DNA from: Rebecca billardiae RCC1528 | Lineage: Eukaryota > Protista > Haptophyta | Direction: 5' to 3' | Length of the DNA stretch: 64,000 bases | Assembly: GCA_965240325.2 (NCBI GenBank) | Contig: OZ251232.1 | Coordinates: 1,488,001 to 1,552,000, forward strand | Part shown: positions 47,761 to 60,805 of the stretch, piece after piece | Position numbering within the stretch: position 1 is the first letter of the stretch | Layout: each line of letters starts with the position of its first letter | Made by a program: the position numbers and the translations under genes | The notes under the pieces: generated by a model | The model's input: only the letters and a program-made list of their open reading frames with translations | Database searches by the model: none | What the model was told of the DNA's origin: nothing

Positions 47761-50418
47761 GGTGGCAAGCACGCGGGGAACCTCGGGGTCCTGCCGGGAT
47801 TCGTCGTCAGATTTTGGGCTGCACCTCTTCCGCTGCCGCGCACGCCGCACCGTCTTTCAGTTCGGCCCGCCCTCTGATCGATGCCTATTGGCGCAGCCCG
47901 GCATTTACAAAACTGAGCGCCACGCGCTCGGAAGTATGCACACCGGTCGAAAAACGGGCGTCGTCGACTCTCACGAGCGGGCGGTACGTATTTGTTTCGC
48001 GCTTTGGCTGAGTACTGGTACGTGAGTATGGCACGATGCCGGTCCCCCCGCTCCACGAGGTGTTGTTCGCCTCCAGGCGCCCCGCACCCGGCTGGTTGGC
48101 GGCAGGATGGCGATCAAGTGGCGCGTGGCCGACGTGCGGCCCGAGAGAAACGTGACTTGGGCGCCGCGCGCCGCGCTGGCGGGGTGTCCTGGACCCACGC
48201 GCGCCGTCGAACTCCTGGCGCCCGCTTGCGCATCAGGCTAGTCCTCCGCCTGCGAGTAGCCCGCGACGGCGGCCGCCGCGCTCTTTGAGTGGGTTGACCG
48301 CGCCCGAGCCTGCTCGCCGCCGAGCGCAGGGATGAGTTGAGCGCGGCGCGAGGCGGCGATCGCTGTCGGGCGATCGCATGAGCCCATATGGGCCCCATCT
48401 GCCACGGCGCGACCGCTTCAGCATGCGTGTGTGACGTCGGGTAGCAGGTGAGCACTGTCGGCCAGCGTGCCCGCGCGCGCACGCGCGCGCGCACGCAGGG
48501 CTCGACGGGTCGGATGCCGCTCCGTGGCGTCTCGTGACGTCTGCACTACGCAAACTGGCTGGCACGATTGGTCCGCATCTGATCGGTACAGGCAATCGCG
48601 GGCAATAAGCCGGAGCTGTTGACCACAGTTAAGGAACTGGGGTTTGCGGCTATCTGCGGATCTGGCCTAGAAACTGAGACTGGCGATTGGCTGGTTCGCT
48701 ATAAGCATAGTCACACTAAGAAACCGGGACTACGTCGTCGCGGCTGACGAGTGGACAGTGGTCCGCCGAGGCCGCGCGCAGTGCCCGTGGGACGCGGCCC
48801 GCGCGGCCCGCGACTACGAGTACAGGCCAAGGCTTCCCGACTTCTCCTGATGACTGACTCCTGGCCAGTGCACCGCAGCATCCATGCAACATCATGCCAG
48901 ATTTGCTCCAAAATGGCCCAACAGTTTCGTCGGCCTCGCCGGCCGGGCCTAAAGACTCAGCGGGGAGCTCTGCCCCCCTGCGCCCCCCGCGCCTGTGCGG
49001 CGGGCGGACCTAGCTAGCCGTAAGAAACTGAGACTCCGTAGGCGCTCGGGCTACCGAACGGCTAAGAAACCGAGACTAGCCGTGAGATCTCTGACTTATT
49101 ATTGGCCGCGATTGCCTGTAGTCATGTGACGTCTTGCTGATGCCGAGTGTTCGCGACGAGAACTCACTGCGATGAGACAGTGTGGTGACATGATTTGACG
49201 ATATTCACCCACCTATTGCATCAACAGATCAGCGTCGATGCCACGAGTCCACGACAGCTGTCCTGTGAGCAGTGAGTATAAAGCCGTCGATCGGTCGCCA
49301 TATCCGCGGGGCTGAGGCCGTGCCACTGACCAGTCAACGCCGCCATACGCGACTGGCACTCAGTGGCCGACGGACTAGCTAGGAGCCCAGGGCCAGGCCG
49401 ACCGGCGGGCAGGTGTGACTGTGAGGTGACAATTTGTCGAGTCCGTCACTGCTGTCCGCCTGAGTGATTAGTAGAGTGGCATTGTTTACATGTTGTCTGT
49501 ACGCAGGTTAGCTCCGCAATCAATCAGCGGAGCTAACCCTCACTCCTCAGCCACCCTCACTCTCTAATCAATCACCCGCTGCGCACTGAACAGCACCGCT
49601 GGCGTCAGTAGTACCGGTACGAACTGCTGATCCGTAGTGTAATCGGTTCGGCCTGCGATAGTCATAGTGACGGAGTGTGCCGACTCACTCCGGCTGCTCA
49701 CGCGCACGCGGCCTCTAATCATTCCTGACTTCGTTATCCGCCTTCGGAGCGTGTCTGTCTGCTGCACGCGTGGTGGGCCAGGCGCCTACTGCGCAGAATG
49801 CAAGACAGTGGCAGTGTGGTTGAGGTCAATCCGCCGCTCGCAGCGGTCCAAGGCTCGAGCCCGAGGCTGCGTCGAATTCACACTCGAGAGCGTTTCTGGG
49901 GAGAAGGTGCTGGTTCATTAACCGATCTCATCATTTAAGAGGATTACTTACTTGGTTGTGTACGGCAATATCATCGAGGGCTTGCAGGTTTCGTCGGCTT
50001 CGTCGCACTCATATGTTGAAGAGGCTTCTCATCGACCTTTTGTTTGTTTTGGGTGTGTTCTGAAAATGATTGAACCATATGGGTACCTCCGAACCGGCAT
50101 GTACGTCAGATTTGTGCAGTGCGAACACTCTCGAGAAAACCCGTTTTTTGCCGGCGTTCCCATATATATCAGCCGACGTTCGTCAATTAGTAGTAGTAAT
50201 CAGGTTGTTAGCCCTATGATCCCTAGCAACGTCAATAACACTTTTCAAAGGGCGTTTTGCCAATCCTAATCACAACTTTGGGCTCGCCAGATTCTCATCT
50301 CGAACCAGTCGTGATGACTCGCACGTTGCGCCACTAAAAAAGCCCGTCGGCGGGCGGCCGGTCGTGGGCACAGCCCATCTTGCACTGGTCCGAAACCGCG
50401 GCGACGTCGTCGGACGCA

Positions 50419-53400
50419 ATGGTCGAGGCAAAGGTCACCCCTCTGGCGGTGGAGCCGGCGGTGGAGAGCGACGAGACCTCGACGAGCGACGACGCGACCC
50501 ACCGGTCCCCGCGCGTGGGTGGGCGTGGCCGCGGCAGCAGCATCGCCGCGGCGGCGCGCGGCGCGCGCCGGCTGGTCGACGCCGTGCTCGGGCACAACGA
50601 GGACGAGGACGAGGACGAGGACGGCGCGCCGAGGAAGGGTCAGCCGAAGGCAGCCAAGGCTGTCAAGAGCATCCTCAAGTCGGGCCATGACCACGGCCGG
50701 CGCAAGGGCGCCGACCGCACCGTCAGGTTCCGCACGGTGCTCGCCGGAGATGAAGCCCAGATTGACGACGAGCGCGTGAAGCTGATGCTCGAGGCTGAGC
50801 AGCGCGAGCGGCACGAGCGGCTGATGGGGATGGCGCGGCTGGCGCGCGTGCCCATGCTGACGCTGGAGGAGCTCATGATCCCGCTCCGCCTCGCCTTCCC
50901 CACCGACATTGCGTACTCCGGCGTCGCGGCCACGGTCGACGTGCTCGGCGACCTGTTCGAGCTGTGCTGGATCTACAAGACGATCAAGGAGCAGCCGACG
51001 CTGGAGGAGGCGCGGAAGAAGCTCGAGGCGGCGAGCAAGGACGCGGACGACCCGTCGACCGTCCTCGCCATCTACACGGCCGCGCACGCCGTGCGCGACA
51101 TCGGCACGGTGCTGACGCTGCACTTTGCGCGCGGCGTGTACATCGTCAGCGGCGACGACACGCTGTGGACGCTCGTGCAGGTGGTGCGCGCGGTGCGCGT
51201 GGCCGAGCTCGTCGCGTACGTGCAGCAGATCAACAACGACCTCTCCACCAACGTCAAGTTCCTCGCGGTCTACAAGTTCTCCCTCGTCCTCATCTCCGTG
51301 CCCCACTGGGTGCGCGCCCGCGCGCGCGCGCGCATGCTCGCGCGCCGGCGCCGGCGCCGAGCGCATCAGCATGCGCGCACGCGGCGTGCGCGCCAGCGCC
51401 CGGCGGCTCGCTCACGGCGGCTCGCGCGGCGTGATGCGCGCGCTCGCGCGTGCCGCTCGGCAGGTGGCCTGCATCTGGTGGGCGCTCTCCAGCCGCTGGG
51501 CCGAAGATCCGCTCGACCTGCCCACGTGGCCGGCGCAGATCCCTCATCTCACGCACAACGCCGAGCTCGACCCGGAGCGCGCGTCGCTGATGCAGCAGTA
51601 CCTGATCAGCGTGTACATGGCGTGGATGGGGCTCACGTCGATGGGGTACGGCACGATCATCCTCACGGTCAAGCAGGAGGTGCTCTTCGCCGCGGCCGTC
51701 GCCACGATCCAGATGGTCTTCTACGCGTTCGTGCTCGGCACGCTCTTCCACTATCTCGTGCGCACCGACGAGAACACCGTGCACTACAACGAGCTGATGA
51801 AGGCGGTGGACGAGTACGTGCAGGACCGCAAGCTGCCCAAGGAGCTCGCCGCCAAGATCCGCGCGCACTACGTCTTCCAGCACCGCAAGCTCGCCGCGGG
51901 CACCGACCGCATCAACGGCCAGATGCCGCTCTCGCTCCGGACCGAGGTGGCCGCGCAGCAGCACATGCGGGAGATGGAGGCGACGTGGGTCTTCTGGGCT
52001 TGCACGCCGCAGTTCCTCTCGTACCTCACGCTCCACCTGCGCGAGCGGTACATGATGGTGCGCGCGCGGCGCACCGCGCGCGATGCGCGCGCACCGCCGC
52101 CGCGCACCGCCCTGCGCGCGCGCGCGGTGCCGCGCGGCGCGCTCGGCGCAGCGCTCATGCCGTGCGCGCCGCCGTCCGGCCGCGCCTCGCGCCTGCCACC
52201 CGCGCCCGCCGCGCTCGCCGCCGCCGCCGCGCGTCGCAGCCGAGCCAGACGCTCTTCAAGCGCGGCGACGGCGCGGCCGAGCTCCTCTGGTGCATCGGCG
52301 GCTCGCTGCACGTGTGGAAGGGCGAGCAGCTCATCACCACCGTGCGCTCGGACGTGGGCGCGGGCCAGATCGTCGGCGAGGTCGCCTTCTTCATCGGCAT
52401 CCCGCACCCGTACACGGTGCTCGCGTCGACCAAGGGCGAGGTGACGCTGAGCGTGCTCACCGCGGCCGCGTTCCTCGACATCATCGCGGCGTACCCCGAG
52501 CAGACCGACCACATCCGGCAGAACCTCCTCCGCAAGTACGGCCTCGACAAGAACGGCGCCGACCTCGCGTCGGGCGGCTCGAACGAGCAGATGGATGAGG
52601 ATGAACTGCGTGAGTACGAGGCGCTGCGCGCGACGGTGCGCGCGGCGATCGTCGAGCGCAACGAGGAGCTGTTCTCGCAGATGTCGATGGCGGTGCACCA
52701 GGGCGACGTCGAGACCGTGCGCGCGCTCACCGCGCGCGGCTTCGACCTCGGCGCGCGCTCGTACGACAAGCGCACGCCGCTCCACCTCGCGTGCATGGAG
52801 GGCCACCGCAACGTTGTCAAGGCGCTGTGCGACCTCGGGGCCGACACGACGACGCTCGACCGGTTCGGCGCGTCGCCGTTCGAGAACGCGGTGTCGGCGC
52901 GGCACTCGGCGGTGGCGGACGAGCTCTCGCGCGCGGGCGCGCAGCTCCGCCTCGACCGCCCCGCCTCGTGGATGCACTCCGCCGCCAAGTCGGGCGACAT
53001 GCCGCTGATGACGATGCTCGTCGCGCACGGCGTGCATCTCAACGCCAAGAACTACGACGGGCGCACCGCGCTGCACGTGGCCGCGACGGAGGGGAACACG
53101 CGCGTGGCGGAGTACCTGATCTCGAACATGGCGGACGTGCACACGCGCGACCGCCACGGCCGCTCGCCGCTCGATGACGCCATCATCCTCAACCACCAGC
53201 TCGTCGCGCAGATGCTCGTGCGCGCGTCCGCTCGGCCGGACGAGGCGCACATGGCGTTCATGCTGCGCGACGCGTCGGCCGGGGGCGACGTGGACCGGCT
53301 GCGCTTCCTGCTCACGGTGGGCGCGAGCGTGAACGCGACCGACTACGACAAGCGCACGCCGCTCCACTTCGCCGTCGCCTCGGGCTCCATCTCCACCGCC

Positions 53401-56400
53401 TACCTGCTCGTCAAGTCGCTCGCCGATGTGAACGCTCAGGACCGTTGGCACCGGCCGCCGCTTGTCGACGCGCTCGAGATCGACACGATGATCGCGAGCG
53501 TGCTGCTGCAGGCGGGCGCGCTGATGCCCGCGCACTTCGACGCGGAGGCGTCGCTGCAGGCCAGGCTGCGCGACGCGCAGGCCATCCCGCCCGTCGAGGT
53601 CTCCCGCCACGTGACCACGCTCACCGTGCAGCACGAGACACACTCCAAGGCTGTCGTCGACAAGTCGCGCGAGGTCGAGGTGGCCATCTCCGACCTGGCG
53701 AGCGAGCTGGGCCACCTGCAGCGCTCGCAGCGCCACGCGTTCCGTAACGTGGGCAAGTGGGCCGACGTGTGGATCAACGAGTACGCCGAGGAGCTCGACT
53801 CCGACACCGACTCCGACCCGGACGACGTGGAGGACGACGACGACGCGCGCGACTCTGACTCGGACGGCAGCGACGCCGGCGGCGGCCAGGCCGCGGGCGC
53901 GGCGGCGATCAAGCCGGCGGCGGAGCGCGACGCGCGCGCGGCGTCGAAGCAGTTCATCAAGCTGGTGCTCCAGCTGCCCTCCGCCGAGGCCGGCCTCCTC
54001 GAGATCCGCGACCGCTTCGCCTCGCTGCTCTCCGCCGACCGTCTCTCCGCGCTCGACGAGAGCGCGCGGCGCGCGGAGGAGGACCGGCTGCTCTACACCA
54101 TGCTGCAGGACGTGTTCGAGCTGGACGCGGAGCGGGCGGACGCGGTGGTGAACGACGTGTACGCGGAGCTGCACACCGTCCTCGGCGACTCCGCGCCGGC
54201 GCCGCCCGCGCGCGCGCACGCCGCCGCCGCCACGGCCTCGGCGGCCGCGGCGCGCTCGGGCGCGCCGCCGCCCGCGCCGCCGAGCGCCGAGCGCTCCGCC
54301 GCCGACGAGATGGAGGCGATGGCGCAGCCGCACGGCAGCGGCGGCTTCCACGGCCGGCGGACGTCCTCGGGCGGCCCCGCGAAGGCGGCGGCGGTGCACC
54401 GCGTCGACTCCAAGTCCGCCGGCTCGTTCAAGGACTCGCTCCGCCGCGGCTCCAAGACGGGCACGGCGCTGATCGATCTGTCCATGCAGCTGAATGAGAC
54501 GCGCGCGCACGCGGGCCGGCCGCGCGCCGCGGCGCCGCCCGCCTCGCAGCCGGGGCTGGGCTGGCTCGAGATCGCGGATACGGACGGCCCGGTCTTCCTC
54601 TCCGACCTTGGCCACGTCGTGCTCTTCTGCTCGCGCCGATTCATCGACGTGCTCGCCGAGCGCCACGGCAAGCGGAGGCATCGCGAGGCGATGGCGAAGG
54701 CGGCAGCGGCCGATCCGTCGCCGCGCGCCGCCGCCGCCGCCGCCGGCTCGCCCGAGTCGGGGCCGCGGATGCCTTCGAGTGCGGTGAATGGGCTCGAGGG
54801 CCTCCACGACGACTCCACCTCCGGCGGCGGCAAGCGCGGGGGACGGCTCAGCGGCATGGCCAAGCGGCTGCGCGAGAGCTTTGGGCCCGACGCTTCCGCC
54901 GCCGCGGCCGCAAAGGACGGCGGCGGCGGCGGCGCGGGCTCGCAGCACGGCTCGCCACAGTCGCCGCACGTGCACGGCGGCGGCGCGCAGGGCATCGAGA
55001 CGAAGGAGGCGCGCGCGCTCGCCTCGATCGAGGAGGCGTGCTTCGTGATCACCCGCCTCTTCCGCGTCTTCGACTCCAACAGCAGCGGCGAGATCCGGAT
55101 GCGCGACGTGCGCAAGCTACAGGGCGAGCTCGGCGAGCTCGGCTCGGCCGAGATCAAGTCGCTGCTCACGTACCTGATGGCGGCGTCGCGCACGTTCGCC
55201 GCGCCGGCGGACACGCTCGCGGACGAGGGCGAGCCCGAGCTGCCGGACGACTTCGAGATGGTCGCCGTCGCCGGGCGGAAGAAGTCGCTCGCGCGCCCGC
55301 CGATCGTGGGCGCGCGCGGCTCGGGCGCGCCGTCCGCGCAGCCGGCGGCACCGCTACGCAAGTCTCAGACGCTACGCACGTCGCTCGTGCTCGGCAAGGC
55401 CGACGACGACGCCGAGGACGCGGACGGCAGCGGCGCGGCGGGGGCATCCGCGCTCGTCGCCACCGCGCCCACCGAGCCGAAGCGCGCCCACGTCGCGCCC
55501 ACCGCCGTCTCCGCCGCGAGCGCGGACGAGAGCGCCCCAGCACACGAGGACGGGCGGCAGGTCGCTGCCCGCGCGACCGTCGCGTTCTGCGCGGGCGCGG
55601 ACGCGGAGGCGTCGCCGCCGGCGGACGACTCGTCGGCCCAGGGCAGCTTCGGCGGCGCCAAGGGCAGCTTCGGCAGTGGCGGCGTGCACGGCCGCTCGCT
55701 CATCTCGGCCGGCGACCAGCTCATCCAGCTCCGCCCGAAGGCGCGCGCGCGGCTCGCTCAGTCCATGTCGGAGCCTCAGTTCTTCATCGGCGTTTCTTCG
55801 TGGATTCTTCTGGCGGTCTCGGAGGACGCGGGCGAGCGGGAGGGCGCGGCGGCGGGCGGCGGGGCGGGCGTGGGGATCGAGCACGCGGAGGGCGTGTTCA
55901 TCCCCAGGCTGAAGAAGGGCGAGGCTCTCGGCGCACCCAAGCCCACGCCCAAGCCGGCGCAGGCAAAGGCGAAGGCGGCCAAGGCGGAAGCGGCCCGGCT
56001 CGCGGCGGCAGAGGCGGCGCTGGTCGCCGAGCTGCACGCGGCGCTCGGCACGGCGACGGCGCTCGTGCTGCTCGGGGAGAACGTGCAGATGCGCATCGAG
56101 GCGGGACGGCTGGGCGCGGTCGAGCCCGTCGACGCGGACGCGCTCCTCGCCGTCGTGAACCACGCCATCGCCATCCCGCTCGACACGACGCGCGCGCACA
56201 TTGCCGGCTGGCTTGAGAGCGTGCTCGGCCTCAGCCTGAACAGCGCGGCGGCGGCGGGCGGTGGCGGCGCGGAGGGCGGCGGGTCGGAGGGCGGCAAGGG
56301 AGACGCCGACGACGAGGAGGAGGGCTCGCCAGGGATGGCGCACCGCCTCCTGCTCAGCACCGCCGACCTCGACGCCGGCGCGGTCGACGACGTGACGACG

Positions 56401-59400
56401 TGGGAGAAGTTGCTGGCCCGGCTGCGCGACCGTGCCGCGGCGATCCGGGCGGATGGCGGCGGCGTGGACCCGGTGCTGGCGGGCGCGGAGAAGGGCGCGC
56501 AGAAGAACGGGCTGGTCGCGCTGCTCGAGGCGTTCGACATCCAGGTGGGCTCGCGCGTCGTCGCCTCGGACAACGCCGCCGGCGCCGAGGGCGCCGGCTC
56601 GTCGGGAGCGCCGATCGTGTGGCCGTGGTACATTGTGTCTGTCCACTCGTACGCGAGCGGCCTTGCGACGACCCTCTTCTTCGCGCTCGTGCTGTGGGAC
56701 GTGCTCACCGTGCCGATGCAGCTGTGCTTCTTCGAGGAGGTCGTGCAGATGAACTGGGTGCCGTACGTCAACCTCACGTGCGACGTGCTGTACGCGCTGC
56801 GGATCGTGCTGCGGTTCCACACAACCTTCATCAACGAGAAGTCGGTCGAGGTGTTCCACGCGCGCGAGGTGCGCGCCAACTACCTGGCGACCGACTTCGT
56901 CCCGGACCTGTTCGCGTGCTGGCCGCACGACCAGGTGCTCTGGGCGCTCGGGATCGACCCGATGATCCGCTTCGGCGTGCGCATGCTCCGCCTCCTCAAC
57001 GCGCGCTACCTCTTGGCCTCGTTCAAGGCGTGGCGGGCGGCGCTCTCCGAGCGCGACATCGGGCGCGGGCTGATCAAGAACGCGCTGCCGCTCGTGCTCC
57101 TCATCCACTACGGCGCGGGCCTGTGGAACGTGATCGGCTTCTCCAAGCTCGCGCACACCTTCTGGGAGACCACGTGGGCGGACATCTACGAGATGCAGCG
57201 CATGCGCGTCGGCGGCGAGGGCCATCTCGCGCTGTACACGACCCCTGAGGAGAAGCTGCTGGACCACTACATCACCGCGGTCTTCTTCGTGCTCTCGCTC
57301 GTCTCGGCGCTCGGCGTCGTGCAGCTGCCGGCGAACTACGTCGAGCTCGCCATGTTCACGGTCTTCGCCACGGTGAACATGACGATCTACGCGTACTGCG
57401 TCGGCGGCATCTCGGGCATCGTGATGAAGCAGGACGACGAGATCGTCGGCAAGCGCGCTCACTTGGAGCTCGTGCACTCATACGTCCGGCACGTGCACGT
57501 CTCGACCGACCTCAAGGGCAAGATGACCAAGTTCTTCGTGGACAAGCTGCAGCACGCGTCGCTCACGTCGGTGGACTCGGAGCAGATCTACTCCGGCCTG
57601 CCCGTGCCGCTGCAGATGGAGGTCTCCGCGCACACGAACCGCGCGCTCGTGGGCAACGCCGCGCTGCTGCGCGGCTGCTCAGACGGCTTCCTCGACCGCC
57701 TCTCGTCCGTGCTGAGGGAGCGCGAGCTCGAGGCGGAGACGGTGGTCTTCCGCGCGGGCGAGGCGTGCAAGGAGCTGGTCCTGCTCGCGTCGGGCACGGT
57801 CGAGCTGATCGACGACGCGGAGAGTGCCGCGTCCGACGACAAGAACGCCGTGTGCGGCGCGGGCGAGACGCTCGGCGAGGTTGCGTTTGTTTTTAACATC
57901 CGCCACTACAAGACGGCGCGCGTGAGCCGCACGGACAAGGCGAACTCGTTCGTGCTGAATCGGGAGGTGTACCGCGAGCTGCTCAAGTCGTTCCCCTCGC
58001 AGGAGGACCTGATCATGGACAACGCCGTGCGGCAGTACGAGGGCTCGAGTGCGCGCGCGAGCGATGCGCGCCGCACGCGCCGCGTGCTTGCCGCCGCCCC
58101 GCGCGCGCTCGCGCGCGCGCGTCACGCGCAGAGGCTGAGCGCTGCGCGCCCGCGGCATGCCACGCGCCGTGCGCGCGGCCGTGCGCAGGCATGACTTCCG
58201 CGCGCTCAGCACGCTCCAAGGCTTCCACCGGCGGCAAGAGCAGTCACAGCAGCCAGAGCTCTGGCTCGCGCGACGACGCCTCGATAGACGGGCATTCCGA
58301 CGCGGGCGCCTCAGACATCTTCTCGCTGCAGAAGGTGCGAGCGCCCCCGCACCGCGCCCGCCGCCGCGCGACCCGCCGCGCGCGCGCACGCGCGCGTGGC
58401 GGCGCTGAGCCGCGCTCCGCCCGCCCGCCACCGCTTGGCTGCGCGCGCGCGCGACGCCCGCAGACACTGACGCACGCGAAGATGAAGCGTGACGAGCAGA
58501 TGCACGCGCGCATCTGCACGGCGTGCGTGAAGGGCGACTTTGAGAAGGTGCGGAGGCTGCTCTCGGCTCGGTCGATGGACATTGACCACGCGGACGGGCA
58601 GGGGCGGCGCGCGCTGCAGCTCGCCGCGTGCGGCGGCGACAAGCGCGTGATTGATCTTCTGCTCGCCGCGCGCGCGGACGTGAACGCGGAGGACAGGCGA
58701 GGGCACACCGCGCTCGACGACGCGCTGCAGGCCGACCAGCTCGACGCGGCGGCGCAGCTCGCGAGCCACGGCGGGCGGCACGGCTCGCGCAACGTCTCCG
58801 AGGAGATGTGCGCCTTCGGCGGCACCGCCGACGGCGCCTCGCAGCTGCAGCGGCTGTGCCAGTTCGGAGGCGACGTGAATGCCGCGACGCTCGAGCAGCG
58901 CTCTGCTCTCCACGTGGCCGCGGCCGAGGGCTGCGTGGAGAACCTGAAGCTGCTGCTCGAGAACAGCGCGGACGTGAACGCGCGCGACTCGCGCGGCGCG
59001 ACCGCGCTGCAGGACGCGCTCATCGGGCGCAAGGACGAGGCGTGCGCGCTGCTGCTGCAGCACGGCGCCGAGCTGGGCGAGTTTGACATGGCTCTGCACC
59101 TCAACAACGCGGCCGCGGAGAACGACGTGGTGCACCTGCGGCGCATCATCGAGTTCTCGTGCTCCGTGAACACGCAGGACAACCTCGGCCGCGCGCCCAT
59201 CCACCTCGCCGCCGCGAGCGCCAACATCAACGCGCTCAACTTCCTCGTCGAGGTGCGCGGGATCGACGTCAACCTCGAGGACATGTTTGGAAACACTGCG
59301 CTCGACGACGCGCTCCGCGACGCCGGACCGACGCAGAAGGTGGTCGTGGAGATCATGTACGCGTGCGGCGGGCGCGAGGGCTCGCACGTCTCGCGCAGCA

Positions 59401-60174
59401 GCCGCGCTACGGGCGACGTCGAGGCCAAGCGCGTCGGCGAGATGCGGCGCGCAATCAGCGCGCGTGAGCAGATGATGCGTGACGTGCGAGCGCTGCGCGC
59501 GTGGGTTCTGGAGGAGCGCGGCGCGCTGCAGGCGTTCAGGGGGGAGCTCGACAAGGCCATCGCGCTGCAGCGGCAGAAAGGCGCCGTGCTTGCCGACGAG
59601 ATGCCCGAGCTCTGGGAGCACATCTACAACTACGCCGGTGCGCAGCCACGCCCGCGTCGCGCGCACCGAGCGGCCGCCGCGCGCCGCGCCGTGCGCGCGC
59701 GCGCCGCGCGGGACACGCGCGAGTCAGCTGGAGGCCGAGGAGAGTACACGGGGCTCGAAGACGCGCACATCTGATCGCGCCGGCCGCGCTTCGTCCCGCC
59801 CCCGACCCCTCCGCGTCGCCGCAGAGGGCTACTTTGACTGGCGCACCGACGCGATGCGCACGCTCGCGCCCACCATCGAGCGCTGGACGGAGGACGCGAA
59901 GGACTTTGCGCTCTTTGCGTGCCAGAAGCTCAAGATCAAGGTGAGCGCCACGCCGAGCGCGGCACGACTGCGCACCGCCACGCACCGCCACGCCACCGCG
60001 CGCGCGCGCGCGCGCGCGCACGCGGCTCACACGATGCGCGTTTGATCCGCCCTCGGCCCGCGGCGGCGTGCTCAGTACGACGAGATTGTTGGCCTCAGCG
60101 AGGTGGAGGCGAAGCCGGTGGAGAGGCTGTACGAGGTCACCTTCCGCAGGCCCGTCAAGGTAGACGCGCGCTGA
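50419..60174 (+). CDS. giant (~2940 aa) tandem two-module CNBD channel: [pore-CNBD-ankyrin]-EF-hand linker-[6TM-CNBD-ankyrin]; 7 exons
   Basis: Exons 50419-51309, 51464-52057, 52240-58048, 58189-58334, 58464-59637, 59825-59940 and 60076-60174 sum to a multiple of 3. Filter 1 is TSMGYG; CNBDs contain VGEVAF and LGEVAF; there are many ankyrin TPLH/TALH repeats; EF-hand DSNSSGEIRMRD; filter 2 is SALGVV. Confidence 0.9.
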
Positions 60175-60634
60175 CCGCCCGTCCCGAGAATCGTGGCGGC
60201 CATGCGGATCGGATTTCGCTCCCCCGGACACCCCGGGATGTGATGAACAGTTGGGCCTCCGCGGCAGAAGACATGCGAATCTGCGATTGTTGATCATTGT
60301 CAGATGACTAATTCTATGATTTAAAGACACAGGCACGAGGGCGCAGCTCTCCTGATTCGTCTGTCGAAGTACTGAATGGAGTTAATGGAGGATGTCGCTG
60401 GAGCGCGTTGGCCGCGGGTGAGGGAGTCGTCGTAACCGATGCTGATCACACGGTCACTGAGGTAGTAGGCGCCCGGGGATGCCGCTGTTTTGCAGTCGTC
60501 GTCGGCCTTGGTCATCATGTAGTTGCCCGCGTCGTCGTCGTCCGAGGCTGTTCAAGTTGATGCCGTAGTGCGGGTAGTGGATGTGGTCGCCCGGGCCGGT
60601 GTGCGCGGCCTAGTGGCCTTGCCGAGTTGAGGGA

Positions 60635-60752
60635 GTAGTCGCCCTTGCCGTTGAGGAAGTCGTCGTCCTTGCCGTTGAGGAAGTCGTCGCCCTGGCCGCA
60701 GAGGAAGTCGTCGCCCTTGCCGTTGAGGAAGTCGTCGTCCTGGCCGCTGAGG
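60635..60752 (-). repeat. 24-bp tandem repeat, copy 2
   Basis: Same array as 18347-18464. Confidence 0.9.
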
Positions 60753-60805
60753 GTGCCTGCGCTGCCCAACCGGGCGCGTCTGGCGCGCCAGCGCCGCGCG
60801 CGGCT

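Noticed and set aside
51868-57477. Very long minus-strand ORFs (1035 aa, 701 aa) and similar antisense ORFs elsewhere
   Set aside because: These are shadow frames of GC3-rich genes on the opposite strand, with Arg/Ala-rich composition and no motifs.
50380-58194. 2604-aa ORF taken as the real protein
   Set aside because: It reads through GC-run introns, and the first pore exon (51464-52057) is in another frame. The spliced model is preferred.
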